Counted from the first letter of the whole stretch, positions 38,641 to 53,465 are shown. The stretch is DNA of 63,989 bases, filler included, from Octopus bimaculoides (GCF_001194135.2; 6 parts of 5 records of this genome joined end to end with filler, not necessarily neighbours in it); one strand, 5' to 3'. Numbers and translations are program-made. Notes: a model not told the origin generated them from the letters alone.

Positions 38641-38655
38641 CTTCTGCGTGCTTTA
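38641..38655 (-). other. Candidate 15-nt microexon
   Basis: ATATTTTCAG|TAAAGCACGCAGAAG|GTAAGA; frame-preserving. Confidence 0.2.
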
Positions 38656-39168
38656 CTGAAAATATCATTTGTCTAGAATCTTGTTTTTGTATATCATTGT
38701 CTTATAATAAACCTTGTCTTGTGCATTCCAATCTAAAATCTCAAACATATAATTTGTTGTATTTTGTTGCATTCTGTTATGCTGGAATTTGTAAACTTTT
38801 GACTGAAACATTTGGCTTCATTGTGTCTTTGGTGTGCATCATATTTTCCCTTTATCTATCGGAGCATAATGTCATGAGTTTTGTAATTATTTTGAATGAA
38901 ATTGGATCCCATTAATATCTTTTCTTTGTAAGGGTCCTGTTTAGAAGAGCCATTAACGTGTCGATGAAATACCTTGTGGTATTTGTTCTTGTTCTTTATG
39001 TTTTTTAGTTCAAATCACGCTGAGGTCAACTTAGCTGTTTATCCTTTCCCCTCCGCTGCCGGTAAAATAAAATACCAGTCAAGAAGTGGAGTCGATTTAA
39101 CCACACTAAGTTCCTCCCCTCGTACATAATCAATTTCGAAACGAACATTATTTTTATTCCTAGGAACT

Positions 39169-39420
39169 GGTGGAGGCCCGTGGCCTAGTGGTTAGGGTGT
39201 TGCACCCACGATTGTAAGATTGTAGTTCTGATTCCTGAACCGAGCATGGTGTTGCGTAGTTGAGCAAAACACTTCATTTCGTGTTGCTCCAGTCCACAGT
39301 GGTCGCGAGAATGAGTGATGTGGTGAAGTCGTGACGGGCATTGCAAATCGGCGATGAATGCCTAAAAAAGCAAACAGAAGGGAACTTCCGGACTGACGGG
39401 TCATAGCCCTACACTGATGT
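39169..39420 (+). mobile_element. tRNA-derived SINE family D
   Basis: GGTGGAGGCCCGTGGCCTAGTGGTTAGGGTGTTGCAC..TTGAGCAAAACACTTCATTTC..GCTCCAGTCCAC. Confidence 0.75.
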
Positions 39421-40109
39421 TGAGTATTACCTTTTATCCTATGACTCTGGTACGCGGGTAGAATCGCTACTGTGTTGAACAAAATGCTTTGCGGTATATA
39501 GTTACGGCCCTGGACATTCGGAGTTCAAATCTCATTGGAGCCTACTTTGGTTTTCATCCTTATTGGAGTTGGTATAATAAGTACCGGCGAAACACAGGAG
39601 CCGATATAATCGACCTTACCCTTCCCAACATTCCAAGCTTTGTACCTTATGAGAAATTTCTTTCTAGTGACCACTTTTTTGCTGATCTTCAAATTGGCCA
39701 TTTCATCAGAAATCTTCTGAAATGAACGGGTTGTTATTTAGCAATAATGTAAAAAAATTCTTTCATTTAAAATATAAAACAAATCACAAATAAAATTAAT
39801 TCTTAAACAATAGTTAAACAGGAATCACATTTGTTCGATGCATGAGAAAATAAATCGATATGATAATCGTAAGATTAGTAACCATGAAAACTGTTGTACC
39901 CACGTGAGAGATACGATCGAATGATCTACTGATTTCAAACGCAATAGCGAAATTTTCACCAAATTATTTCAAATGCACGAGATCATATTTAAGCGACATA
40001 TGAGAGCAGATATCCAGAAGATCTCGATTTAAGGAAGCCGTACAAGTGGTCATTAATGTATGTGTGTACGTGTGGTATAGCTCACGTGTATGTATGGTTG
40101 ATAACTGTG

Positions 40110-40143
<34 letters not shown>

Positions 40144-40267
40144 NNNNNNNNNNNNNNNNNNNNNNNNNNNNNNNNNNNNNNNNNNNNNNNNNNNNNNNNN
40201 NNNNNNNNNNNNNNNNNNNNNNNNNNNNNNNNNNNNNNNNNNNNNNNNNNNNNNNNNNNNNNNNNNN

Positions 40268-42130
40268 ATTGGAAAATTTTTCAGCCAGAACTGTATTGCT
40301 TCTATTTCGTATTCGGGTAGTATTGAAGTATACAGATTTACTACATCGAATGAGATAAAAAGAGAGTCTGTGCTGGCTTTGCTCGGGAGATGGTTTAAAA
40401 CGTCTAAATGATTTTTAACGAAGCTCGGTATAAGTTTAAGAAGGGATTTTAAGAGTATGTCAGTAAAGTTACTGAATCTATGTATTTCACAGGACGAGCC
40501 TACCTCAATTGGTCTTAATCTGAGATTTTGGGGATATGGGTTATCAATAACCAATGAGATTGATCTTGTACTCTCTTCATATATTGCTTCAGTCTTGTGA
40601 GTTTTGGGGTGTCCGCGTTGGTTTTGCAGTCAAAACTTATTAAACAGTACTTTTCCCGTTAAATCCCTTTGGAACTGTTGGATTAAGGTAGTGAGTTTCT
40701 TCATTATTTTGGATTGTTGGTGATTATTAACCTTTTCATAATAAGTGTTGTCACGAAGAAGAGCTAGCGCAGTGTTTATATATAATTCCGAGTTCATAAT
40801 AACTACAGCACTACTTTTATTAGCTTCTTTAATTACTATCATCATTGGCATCATTGATTTCTCATTTGTTTCGGCTAGTATTTGTTTTAAATTTTGGATA
40901 CGGTTGTAAATCATAAGGAAAATTGGTTACAAAATCACAAAATTTTTCCAAAGTTTGGTTCCTATCTTTTGTCGGACTGCAGTTGCTTTTATTATGAAGC
41001 ATTAATTCATCATTGATTTGTTTGTCAAATAATTCTCCTGTTATGCATAGTTTTCTACATTCCTAGACATCGTTCTGTGTTTCGCTTATGTTGGAGTTTT
41101 GTGATGCTCGGGTGAATTTTAGCCTTTTTGAGGGAGTTTTAAATTTTTTTACGTTGAATAGGCTTTGTTCGAGAGGTTTATAGTCTTCTGAATGTTACAT
41201 TTGGCCCGTGCCATCGAGTGTCTTGGTTCCATCCACTGTGTTTAAAAATGAAATCCTCGGTTTTGGGCTTAAACTATGAGTATTCTTGTTGCCTGCTCTT
41301 CTATGCATCCTTGACCTATTATAAGTTCTTGGTCGTGGTCGATCCTGTATAGAATTGTCATAACGGTTGTAATTTTTGATGCGTAGTTTCATTTGTGGTT
41401 GTTTCTGTCTAAAGTGGTCATTATAGTTAAAATTTCCTGTGTATAGTGTCAACCACTTCGGAGGAGTGTTGCGTCTCGAACGAGAGAGGTTCCAGTTTCT
41501 TCCGATAATGTCTTTATCAATACATCTTTGAGAAATAGTATTTTGTCTTGAGGAGAACGGATTAATAATGTTCCTGAAAGGGTTACTTCTTTGTTTCGAT
41601 GCTCTGGAATTGGCATTATCAACTCTGTGTCTCTGATGATCGTTTAAGTTGCTTTTCCGATAAAGGCCTTGCTGTTTGCGTGCGGGGTTTGTGATGTTTC
41701 ATTCTTTTCAAGATTGGATTTTCAGATTCATATTGTTCTTCAGATTTTACTTCATAATGACTAAACCAGTCATTACCTTTTCCCATTTTCGAGGAGAAAT
41801 TACTTCTACATTCTCACAATTTTGTTTCCAGAGTTGGATGGTGTTGGTAAAAAGTTCCCCTTCAGCTTCCTTAACAATTACCACCTCCATCTATCCATTA
41901 ACTGCATTCTTTTTTCACGCAGAATTTAAGTGAGTTGCTCAAAATCGCACTGCTGATGTAGTGTATAGGGCAATCTTGCTCAGCGATGTCTGCGGACGTA
42001 TATGTTTATCAACAGCTGGGCTCGTTAGTCACCAGCAGAGCCACAAGTGTAAAGTATAATTTCATCTGAATACGCAATATTCTTAATGGTCAGTGATGGT
42101 TTTTCTCGGTCACGAGTGGACAGTCATCAT
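40268..42130 (-). mobile_element. Penelope-like element, N-terminus and RT start, decayed
   Basis: IVIKEANKSSAVVIMN..LRDNTYY..LRLRPIEVGSSCEIHRFSNFTDILLK..LFISFDVVNLYTSI..AIQFWL. The 5' boundary is approximate. Confidence 0.85.
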
Positions 42131-42174
42131 ATCAGATTACATGTACATACATACTTACATACATACATACATAC

Positions 42175-42214
<40 letters not shown>

Positions 42215-42314
42215 NNNNNNNNNNNNNNNNNNNNNNNNNNNNNNNNNNNNNNNNNNNNTTAATTAATTAANNNNNNNNNNNNNNNNNNNNNNNNNNNNNN
42301 NNNNNNNNNNNNNN
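42215..42314. other. Assembly spacer 44N-TTAATTAATTAA-44N
   Basis: As above. Confidence 0.95.
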
Positions 42315-42405
42315 CCGGCCCTTTATTTTGACGGTCGTCGTTTTCATAGGGTACCGGTTCGTTTATTTCTGTTGTCAGATTGTTTTGCACGTTCATATCT
42401 TCGTA

Positions 42406-42505
<100 letters not shown>

Positions 42506-43329
42506 GCTATTATTACTTTGAAGATTATGATGATGCTAACGGTGATAAATATGATGATTATGGTAACAGTAATAAAGATGATGATGAGTAAGTTGATAAC
42601 AATGTTGAGGTTGCTGACGAAAACGATGATAACGAATATAACGATGATAAAAAAATTGCAATAGCAATGATGACAATGATGGTGAAGATCATGAGGATAA
42701 TCTTCATAACGATGAAGTTGTCAGTGGGAGAGAAGATGACTCAATAAATGATAACCAGGTCTAAGCAGATACCTTTGTCGAGAAGGGTATCGTATTTGAT
42801 GACATATAATATGAAGTATTCCCTCTCCACAAGATTTGTCAAAAATAACGAGTCTAAAATCAAAAACTGGTCTTATATATGAAGCTAAACGTATATTGCA
42901 TATTTTAATGCGCTAAAACCTAATTTAAGGGAATATGCACAATGGAAGTTGGGATGCATCTAATATCCTCGTCTATCTTTTATGCCATCAACTAAGTAAC
43001 ATACTGAAGGAAGGCGTGGCTGTGGGTTGAAGGCGAATCACCTAGCCAGTCCACGACTAATATGCTCATGGCTTGTAAAATAATGAGCTGGTATGCCTGG
43101 AGATTGCATACGTAAGAGAAAATTTACATACGAAAATTTACATATGAAAATTTACAATTCATGACCTGGTATTGGGAGTAAGTTATCTGTCAATAACTAA
43201 GGTGTTTTAACATCGGTGACATGAGAGCTTATATACTTCGCTACGCCATTGCAGTCACTCCAAAATACTTAATGTATTTACATTGGTATATGTATTTAAT
43301 AATCTTTATTACGCTAGAGCTGCTTTTAC

Positions 43330-43402
<73 letters not shown>

Positions 43403-43517
43403 NNNNNNNNNNCAGAAATAGCAGCTAAAGTGCCAAAACTCCAACAGATAGCAATACTTGTAACTCACAAAGGCAAAACAAGAAGAAAAAAATAACGAAA
43501 CTAACCAGTCTTAGTTA

Positions 43518-43577
43518 ATCATAGACGTGTTTCTGGATCAGAATAGCGAAAACTTTTCATTTCCTCATCAGTATGAT
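43518..43577 (-). ncRNA. Minimal type I hammerhead ribozyme, copy 1
   Basis: AUCAUA-CUGAUGA-GGA..UCC-A-GAAACACGUC-UAUGAU; the helix III palindrome is broken by one substitution. Confidence 0.6.
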
Positions 43578-43885
43578 CTTCTAGTTTGCAAATTTGAAGA
43601 TGCACGCAATTATGCATGCACGACCAAGCGACAAGGGCTTGGTAAAAATTATTAATTATTAATTTATTAATAAATTAATAATCCTTTACCCTTTTGTTTG
43701 TATTAATTATTCACTCCCTGATAGTAAACCGCAGACTTTCTGCGGTATTGCTTGTGACGCACATGGTAATTCTTGAGGAGCGATATGGACTGACTGGCCT
43801 ATGTAAGTTCGGAGATGCTGTTCACATTATGCCGATGAACGATATCGCTTGGTCGTGCATGCATAATTGCCTTTGATATTCTAAT

Positions 43886-43945
43886 ATCATACTGATGAGG
43901 AAATGAAAAGTTTTCGCTATTCTGATCCAGAAACGCGTCTATGAT
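43886..43945 (+). ncRNA. Minimal type I hammerhead ribozyme, copy 2
   Basis: Helix I AUCAUA/UAUGAU, core CUGAUGA (43892-43898), helix II GGA/UCC, GAAA, palindrome ACGCGU; predicted cleavage after GUC at 43939. Confidence 0.8.
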
Positions 43946-44766
43946 TAACTAAGACTGGTTAGTTTCGTTATTTTTTCTTCTTGTTTTGCCTTTGTGAGTT
44001 ACAAGTATTGCTATCTGTTGGGGTTTTGGCACTTTAGCTGCTATTTCTGAACTTTGGTATGTGGTGAAGCAACTGTTGCTGATCCCTTAATTATGTTTCT
44101 ATATATATATATATTTATAAATGAAACATTCAAACACTGAGATTTGAAGTTAGATGTCATTACTGTTCATATCATCTGTGGATACATTCAAAATTTGATG
44201 ATATCACCAGTAGTGGCATGGGTGGAACGCAGTTATAATAGCTTTAACAGCTATGAATTATAAATTTGCACGAAGCATAAGGATGCTTAATAAGCATCTA
44301 CCTGCTANNNNNNNNNNNNNNNNNNNNNNNNNNNNNNNNNNNNNNNNNNNNNNNNNNNNNNNNNNNNNNNNNNNNNNNNNNNNNNNNNNNNNNNNNNNNN
44401 NNNNNNNNNNNNNNNNNNNNNNNNNNNNNNNNNNNNNNNNNNNNNNNNNNNNNNNNNNNNNNNNNNNNNNNNNNNNNNNNNNNNNNNNNNNNNNNNNNNN
44501 NNNNNNNNNNNNNNNNNNNNNNNNNNNNNNNNNNNNNNNNNNNNNNNNNNNNNNNNNNNNNNNNNNNNNNNNNNNNNNNNNNNNNNNNNNNNNNNNNNNN
44601 NNNNNNNNNNNNNNNNNNNNNNNNNNNNNNNNNNNNNNNNNNNNNNNNNNNNNNNNNNNNNNNNNNNNNNNNNNNNNNNNNNNNNNNNNNNNNNNNNNNN
44701 NNNNNNNNNNNNNNNNNNNNNNNNNNNNNNNNNNNNNNNNNNNNNNNNNNNNNNNNNNNNNNNNNN

Positions 44767-44804
<38 letters not shown>

Positions 44805-44957
44805 CTGGTTCGTTTAGTCCCAGTAAATTAGCGGTCCAGCAAAATAAACCGACATAATAAGTATCAGGCTTAGGAAAAGAATTTAGTACTGGGGTCGATT
44901 CATTCGACTACAAATTCTTCAAAATCTAATGGCTGAAACAAATAAAAGATAAAAGAA
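44805..44957 (+). mobile_element. SINE family A 3' part, degraded
   Basis: TTAGCGGTCCAGCAAAA..AATAAGTA..GGGGTCGATT..GCTGAAACAAATAAAAGATAAAAGA. Confidence 0.65.
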
Positions 44958-45054
44958 TTGCTCTGTAGATTAATAGACATGCAAACCTGTTAACAATCCA
45001 GTAAATTTAGTACAGCAAGCATAACGCGTCAGAAAAAAAGAAGCTGATATTAAT

Positions 45055-45263
45055 TTCAAATTTTGGCACAAAGCCAGCAATTTCGGGGGAGGAGAGAAGA
45101 TTACATCGACCTCAGTGTTCAACTGGTGTTTATTTTATCGACCTCCAATGGGATAAAAAGCAATGGTCGACCTCGGTAGCATTTGAACTCAGAACGTGAA
45201 GGCGGACGAAATTCCGCTCTGCATTTTGCTCGGCATGCCATCGATTCTGGCAGCTCGCTGCCG
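45055..45263 (-). mobile_element. SINE family B
   Basis: Full reverse copy ending GATTCTGGCAGCTCGCTGCC. Confidence 0.85.
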
Positions 45264-45265
45264 TA

Positions 45266-45301
<36 letters not shown>

Positions 45302-46105
45302 ATAATAACTAATATTACCAAAAACTAAAGACGAACAATTAAACCAAATGCATTTTGAAAGATGAATGCATTCAAAATTAAAAAAAAAAACATTAAAAAA
45401 ATGAATTCGAAGAAATAGTAATTCCGTGAGTGTGAATCAACAACACGGCAACTCATTTCAAGACACACACAGACATACAAATACATAGGAAATATATCTG
45501 TATATAAAAACATTATACTATGAAACATAAAACTATATGCANNNNNNNNNNNNNNNNNNNNNNNNNNNNNNNNNNNNNNNNNNNNNNNNNNNNNNNNNNN
45601 NNNNNNNNNNNNNNNNNNNNNNNNNNNNNNNNNNNNNNNNNNNNNNNNNNNNNNNNNNNNNNNNNNNNNNNNNNNNNNNNNNNNNNNNNNNNNNNNNNNN
45701 NNNNNNNNNNNNNNNNNNNNNNNNNNNNNNNNNNNNNNNNNNNNNNNNNNNNNNNNNNNNNNNNNNNNNNNNNNNNNNNNNNNNNNNNNNNNNNNNNNNN
45801 NNNNNNNNNNNNNNNNNNNNNNNNNNNNNNNNNNNNNNNNNNNNNNNNNNNNNNNNNNNNNNNNNNNNNNNNNNNNNNNNNNNNNNNNNNNNNNNNNNNN
45901 NNNNNNNNNNNNNNNNNNNNNNNNNNNACGTGTGTGTGTATATGTATGTAGACTCACACACACATGTATATTTCGTCTGAAGGCTTCAATTTCGTCTAGT
46001 ATTTCCCCCGCAATGCAGCAAATTTTGAGCAAATGTAAAATTTATACACGAGGTCACAAACATACTAGGAACGCACATAAACACACAAAAATGAAGTTAT
46101 GGACC

Positions 46106-46160
<55 letters not shown>

Positions 46161-46984
46161 TACTCACATACTCACATATGTATATGTATATACGTATATC
46201 TGTATGTACATGTGTTTGTACATGTGTTTGTACATGCGTGCGTTATTATGTGTATGCTTGTAAATTTATGTAAATGCTCAGACTAATACAGAAAATATAT
46301 TTAAAAAACGAAAACAAAATACGCAGTTCATTTGATCATTTTAAAGTAGTCCACTTATTCACACCTCTACAAATAACACATGGTGCTTTTAAGCGAGTTT
46401 CTTTCTAATCATAAAATCCAATAAGTTTGATTAGTGAACACACCGAAGAAGCAGTGAAAAAATAGAATGCATTAAATACATTTATTAATAATTTGTATTA
46501 TCCTAATTGCAGCTTTGCCCTTTCAATTTTCGCTTATTTCCTTACGATGTTTATTATATTGCTTTGTTTATATATTTTATCTTTTATTTCACATAGGAAT
46601 TTATTATCTTAGTTGTTTTCATTATTCCGTTATATCAAAGATTGCTGTTTTCGAAGATTTTAAGAGTGCTATTGTGTTCCTATTCTTCTCCCTTGTTCAT
46701 GTGTTCTGCTGTTTGCAAGAACCCATACACACACACATACACACATGCATTTATATGTATATGTGTATGCGTGTGTTTGTATGTGTGTCTGTACGTATGT
46801 ATAACGTTTATCGATAACAGGGTATCGAACAGAAGCAACGCAAAAATTGGAGTAATGACTGTGTGACAGTGTTATTCTTTCGGCTCTAATTTATGTAATG
46901 GTTAATCTATCCGATGCATGCACACACAAACGTATATACATACGTACACATACATTGACATACACACACACACACACACACACA

Positions 46985-47022
<38 letters not shown>

Positions 47023-47074
47023 ACNNNNNNNNNNNNNNNNNNNNNNNNNNNNNNNNNNNNNNNNNNNNNNNNNN

Positions 47075-47105
<31 letters not shown>

Positions 47106-47439
47106 CACACAAATCCCTACATATATACTTACAGAGAAGAATGAGAGAGTAAACTTTTGAATCTTCTGAATATTTGCTAATAACTTTGTTTATTTCAGCG
47201 ATAGAAAAATAACCTGCACAGCGATAACGATGATGAGCAATAAAGTGATCGGCTGATATTTAATTGGAAAAGAAAATTTACTTCACTAATTAACAATACT
47301 TAGCTCTAGGTTAATTTAGATACTTAAATAATTGTTTCGCTGATTCATTATGGAAAATAGACATTCCTAGTCATACGATCTAGTCCTTGTTACACACATT
47401 TGGTATTAATGTTAGTTTATGAAGAAAGTTTACGTCTAT

Positions 47440-48776
47440 TATTAATATTAGTAGTCTGGCCTATTTGCATCTATCTTTCTGTCTGTTTGAATGCTGAAGT
47501 TTCAGAGGAGTGAGATGTGATCATTTTCAAGCACTAGGGGGGTGGGGGTGGGGGCTTTGTTTTCCCACCAGTTTTTATCATGGGGCAAGTCCAGGTATTT
47601 GCAAATTACTCAGTGAATATATTGTGCAGCTCTGTCATGCCTGTTGAGATACTCTGTTGGCGCTAGAAGACTGCACTTGGAGACAACACGATCAATGGTT
47701 TCGTTTTGTTGTTGACATACACGACATGTTGAGAAGCTGCCGTTCTTTAATATGTTGGCCTGGTAGTTCCTGGTAGTTCCAGTCCTCAGAGTTTTTCAGG
47801 TAGGTGTCTAGGCCAATTGTAACAATCTTTATTGTTTATGCCAGCTGTAAAAGTCCAAGGACTCCCTCTTTTCTTGGCAGATAAAGTCGTTCTATATCTG
47901 CCTTAGGGTGGTGCATTCTATGCATTGTCAACAGTTTTCGTATTTTTCTGTCAAGATTACATATTTCAGTAATTGACCAGTTAATGATATTGAAACTGTA
48001 AGTCACGACTGATATGGTTAAAGCATTGATCGCTTCGATCCTGTTTCTTGCATTCAGCTCTGTCTTAAGTATTGCTCTCACCCTGCGATAACATTCTCTC
48101 CTGATCCTTTCCCTCATCACTGAATGCCTGATTCCGTCCCCTTCAACTACCCCTAGGTATTTGTAGCTCTTTTATAACATTCTGCTGGTCAAGGTTAACG
48201 TTAGATGTTTTTGTCATTTTTCCTTTGATAAAGGTAGTTTTTGCACGTTTATCGAGGCCAAATTGCATTCTGATGTCATCACTGAATTGTTTAACAATCG
48301 CTAGTAAGCCCTTGAGTTGCTGGTCATTTTTCGCAAAGAGCTTTAAATCATCCATGTAAATGAGATGATTTATATTTTTATCAAACATTTTATAACCATA
48401 CTGTGCATCATTGAGCAATTTTGAGAGAGGTATTAAGGCTAAACAAAAGAGGAGTTGTGATAGTGAGTCTCCCTGGAAAATGCCACATGAAATTTTTACA
48501 TCTCCAGCATTTAGAGATTCATTGTCACTGTTCAAAGTCAGTGTGGTTCTCCATGATCTCATACTTACAGACAAAAAGTTTCGCAGAGTAGGCGCTATTT
48601 TATATATTTCCAGTTATTTCTTAATCCAGCTATGTGGTAGGCTATCAAAGGCCTTTTTATTGTCTATCCAGGCTATTGACAAGTTTTTGTGTCGTTTGTG
48701 ACAATCTTCTAAGATCATCTTATTGATGAGTAGCTGATCTTTACAACCATGTCTGGAAATGTATAAAATAGTTTAC
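47440..48776 (-). mobile_element. R4/Dong-like LINE, RT to CCHC and endonuclease start
   Basis: [84 protein letters not shown]. Confidence 0.92.
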
Positions 48777-49719
48777 NNNNNNNNNNNNNNNNNNNNNNNN
48801 NNNNNNNNNNNNNNNNNNNNNNNNNNNNNNNNNNNNNNNNNNNNNNNNNNNNNNNNNNNNNNNNNNNNNNNNNNNNNNNNNNNNNNNNNNNNNNNNNNNN
48901 NNNNNNNNNNNNNNNNNNNNNNNNNNNNNNNNNNNNNNNNNNNNNNNNNNNNNNNNNNNNNNNNNNNNNNNNNNNNNNNNNNNNNNNNNNNNNNNNNNNN
49001 NNNNNNNNNNNNNNNNNNNNNNNNNNNNNNNNNNNNNNNNNNNNNNNNNNNNNNNNNNNNNNNNNNNNNNNNNNNNNNNNNNNNNNNNNNNNNNNNNNNN
49101 NNNNNNNNNNNNNNNNNNNNNNNNNNNNNNNNNNNNNNNNNNNNNNNNNNNNNNNNNNNNNNNNNNNNNNNNNNNNNNNNNNNNNNNNNNNNNNNNNNNN
49201 NNNNNNNNNNNNNNNNNNNNNNNNNNNNNNNNNNNNNNNNNNNNNNNNNNNNNNNNNNNNNNNNNNNNNNCGATGATGAGACCAGAAAATATTTCACAAA
49301 TGTACTTGAAGCAACGACTTACCTTGTCTAGAGCTTTCACAAATTGTTTCGTTAAACCCAATTTTATGTGGAGAGGAGGGAAAATTATTTTATCTCTTGA
49401 CACAAGTGGAGGATTTATGACATTTTTCTCTGCACTTTCAATTCTTCCCGAACAGGCCAAACCTTTTTCACCCAGTGCTGTTCTTTGGCACGGCTGTCCC
49501 ATAAGCATAAAAAACATGGGTATTTTATGTGGCCAGACTGTTGTCCAAGTAAAAAGTTTACCATTTTTAAATCGACGCAAATGATCCAGTTTCGATCACC
49601 TGTTTTAATCGGCTCGTACTTTTCTTTCAGTGTAGTGGAGTGTCCAATCGGTATGGAAACATATCGATAAATAACCTCCATGAACAAGTATCATATTCAT
49701 CAATGCTTAATCTAAGAAG

Positions 49720-50244
<525 letters not shown>

Positions 50245-51475
50245 CTAAGAAGTATCTGTTCGATTTCTTTACAAAACACAAGATTGTCGTTTTGTTCAGA
50301 GAATGGGGTGAACTCAGCATCTCGGTTGCGGTAGAAAGTGATATTTTTGTTTTAGCTGCTAACAATTTTTTTCTCGTGAAGGCGTGATGCTAACAACTCT
50401 GCTGACTCTTTTGATGTGAAATTCAGGTCTCAAATTAAGTCACTCAGTTCATCGTGATTGAACAGTTTTGGTTCATTTGCTGATTCAAAACAGTCAAAAT
50501 CACTCTCAGCTTGACTGGCATTATCAAAATCAGCGTTAGAATCGATTTCAGTCATCTCCTCGTCCTCTGTATAAGTCATATGCTGACTACAGCGAGAACT
50601 GGAATATCAGCAAATCCTTTAAAAACTAGAGCTGGAAAATTTTCAGAATGTGGTACTGGCCGAATAGCAGAGGGAATGGAGGGGTAGGATATTTTCTTTC
50701 TGTTCTTCTAGTTGAATCCAACCAAACTAACCATGCATTATCGTGGTGATTCTTCGGTTTTCGCCATATCATCCGAATCCCAAATTTAAGGGAGGTTTGA
50801 GTACATTTTGTCCACAGGCGTATACTCTCCTTGCATGACAGTAATGTTTATAGTGTTTGTTTCAATGCCAATTTGCATTGTTATAGCTTGAAGAACTAAA
50901 AATAATATTTAGAAATATCAGGATACAATAGCATTTTTGGTCAAAAATTGTGATTTATTTTTTTTAAATGGTTCTTTTTTTATACGGCCCAAACCTGACG
51001 TGGTGGGAGAAAATGGAGGGCATTTTTGGATTCAGCACCCCAAAATTAGCAAAGAAAGAAGGTTTCTTGCCCCAGGAGAAAAACTGTGTTGACCAGTGTT
51101 ATAGTTATCTTTAAGAAATAAGCCACACCACGAAAATTTTATTAGTATACATACTATAATAGAAGTTGGAAAAATATCCAAGTATATGCTTTGGTTTAAG
51201 TTCAGTGCTGGCATATGGTGTAGCAATACAGTTTTATTAATGAAATTTATATAGGAGGAATAATTGTTATATGAGGAATAATTATTATGAACTTTCTGCA
51301 AGAATATTATAGACATTTCTATATTAAACGAAAACTATTAAGTATACAAGAATTTCAAAATCTAATGAATCAACAACACTACATAGCAAGTACTTATTTG
51401 ATCATCAAGAAATCATGATGATGGTGATGTTGCTGACGATGATGAAGAAGAAGAAGGAGAAGATGAAGACGATGT

Positions 51476-51508
<33 letters not shown>

Positions 51509-51555
51509 AGAAGAAGAAGAAGAAGACAATGAAGACGAAGAAGATGAAGAAGAAA

Positions 51556-51598
<43 letters not shown>

Positions 51599-52094
51599 TG
51601 CAGTAGCAGAGTAGCCGTAGTAGTACCATTAGTATTTCACTCATTTTCATATTGTTGTTATTTATTTTAGTCTGACAAAGGTAACATAAATATATCTATT
51701 TTGAAATTCGAAACTCCCCAGTGTATCATTTCTTAAGTATCACTTAATTCCTTCAGATACATATAGAAAATAAATAATGGTTTCTAATAAAATGTATTTT
51801 ATCAGATCGGACTATGTGACTGATGTATAATTGACCGGTACCAGCGTGTGGAGCCTGAAAGGCATCCTAAACAATGGCATTCTGAAAGTAACTTTGCAAT
51901 TTAAGACCATAACTTAAAAACGATATTCCCGAGGGGAATTAAACTGCAATGATTCATCTACAGATAAAAAGAATATAATTTATTTCTACTTTTATTATTG
52001 TCCATTTTCCCCGGTGCTTCCAAGTGTATCAATAACTAGAACTAAATTTTTAAAAATAATTGTTCTATTTCAAAGAAGGCATCCTCCCTAAATA

Positions 52095-52290
52095 TTGGTT
52101 TATATTTTGGCACAAGGCCAGCAATTCCAGGACAGGAGTGATGTCAACCTCAGTGGTACTTATTTTATCCGGAACGATGAAAGGCAAAGTCGACCTCGGC
52201 GGAATTTGAAGTCGAAACGTGCAGACAGACGAAATGCTGCCAAGCATTTTGCCCGGAGTGCTGCCGATTCTGTCAGCTCTTCACCTTAGA
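52095..52290 (-). mobile_element. SINE family B
   Basis: TTTTGGCACAAGGCCAGCAATT..GAAAGGCAAAGTCGACCTCGGCGGAATTTGAA. Confidence 0.85.
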
Positions 52291-53269
52291 TCTTCCCTAA
52301 ATATTCGATAAAGAGTTTAGTTTGAAGTTGTAAACGAAATTCTAAAGAGAACCTCTTAAACAAAGTGTATCACGTTCGGATCAGATTCAAGGGAGAGAGA
52401 GTTTTGACTTGATCGTGTCATGAAGTTTGAAACTCTCGGAAATCTGAAACAAGAGTTTGATTCTATTGCAATTGCGATTAGTATTAAATTTGAAAGCGGG
52501 TCTGTTTCATTTAGTTCGAAAGACCTGTTAATACAGCTGAACCAAGGAACGAATCTCTTTTACAAATTTTGATGAAATAATTGACATTTCTTAGGAAATT
52601 ATTTATAGGCTGAAGGACTAACTAAATTATTTCGGCTTAATTGATAACGATCCGGAATATATTATTTATAACATTTCACTATTTACTTTGAAAAACATCT
52701 GACTTACTCTGAATAAAATATGTACCAAAGTGAACAAATCAACAAAAATTGAAGAATTCTAAGCCTAAACTGAATTAATAAAACAAGTAGAAGTGTTGCA
52801 AGCCTTAAAGTAAACGAGGACGCTAGTTCAAAAGTTAGTTGTTTGATTCATATATAAACATCCAAATTTGTCCAAGATACTAAGTGGTACCATTATCGAG
52901 GGGTTAAGAAGAAGCCCACTCCACCATATAGTCCCCTTCATTAGCCTATCGTTAATGGCAATGACTCAAAAATTAAGAAAAAGATCGTTTGTTCCTGGAA
53001 AGGAACAGTATGTCTTAAGGATTGCTTCAGAACTGAATAAACGCCCATCGACAACATAGACGTTTGAATAAACCCGATTCAAGGAGAGGTCCACTCCATT
53101 ACTGTCTTCCTGCTAAATCATGTATTAGAGATGCAAGAGAGAAGTCACCACTTCCTTATACATGGCTTAATTTGGCACAGGAGTTTTAGGAATCAAGACA
53201 TTTATATTCTTCATCTAAATCGAAAAGGAGGAAGTTATTCCGGATAAGGCGTGTACATTATTTATTTCA

Positions 53270-53465
53270 AATTTTGGTACAAAATAAGCAATTTCGGGGG
53301 AGGGGTAAGTCGATTACATCGACCCCAGTGATCAAGTGATATTTATTTTATCGATTCCGAGAGGAGAAAAGGTAGTGGACCTCGGCGAAATATTGATCTT
53401 AGAATGTGGAGAAGGACGAAATGCCGCAAAACCTTTTGCTAATGATTTTGCCAGTTCGCCGCCTT
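53270..53465 (-). mobile_element. SINE family B
   Basis: Same family, ending GCCAGTTCGCCGCCTT. Confidence 0.8.

Larger units (their letters stand above)
43413..44100. mobile_element. Inverted-repeat element (PLE pseudo-LTR-like), one HHR per arm
   Basis: 43413-43577 versus 43886-44049 (2 substitutions, 1 indel), plus perfect 26-bp inner arms at 43606-43631 and 43845-43870. Confidence 0.85.

Noticed and set aside
38550-38915. 121-aa ORF
   Set aside because: AT-rich, no motif, and a length compatible with chance.
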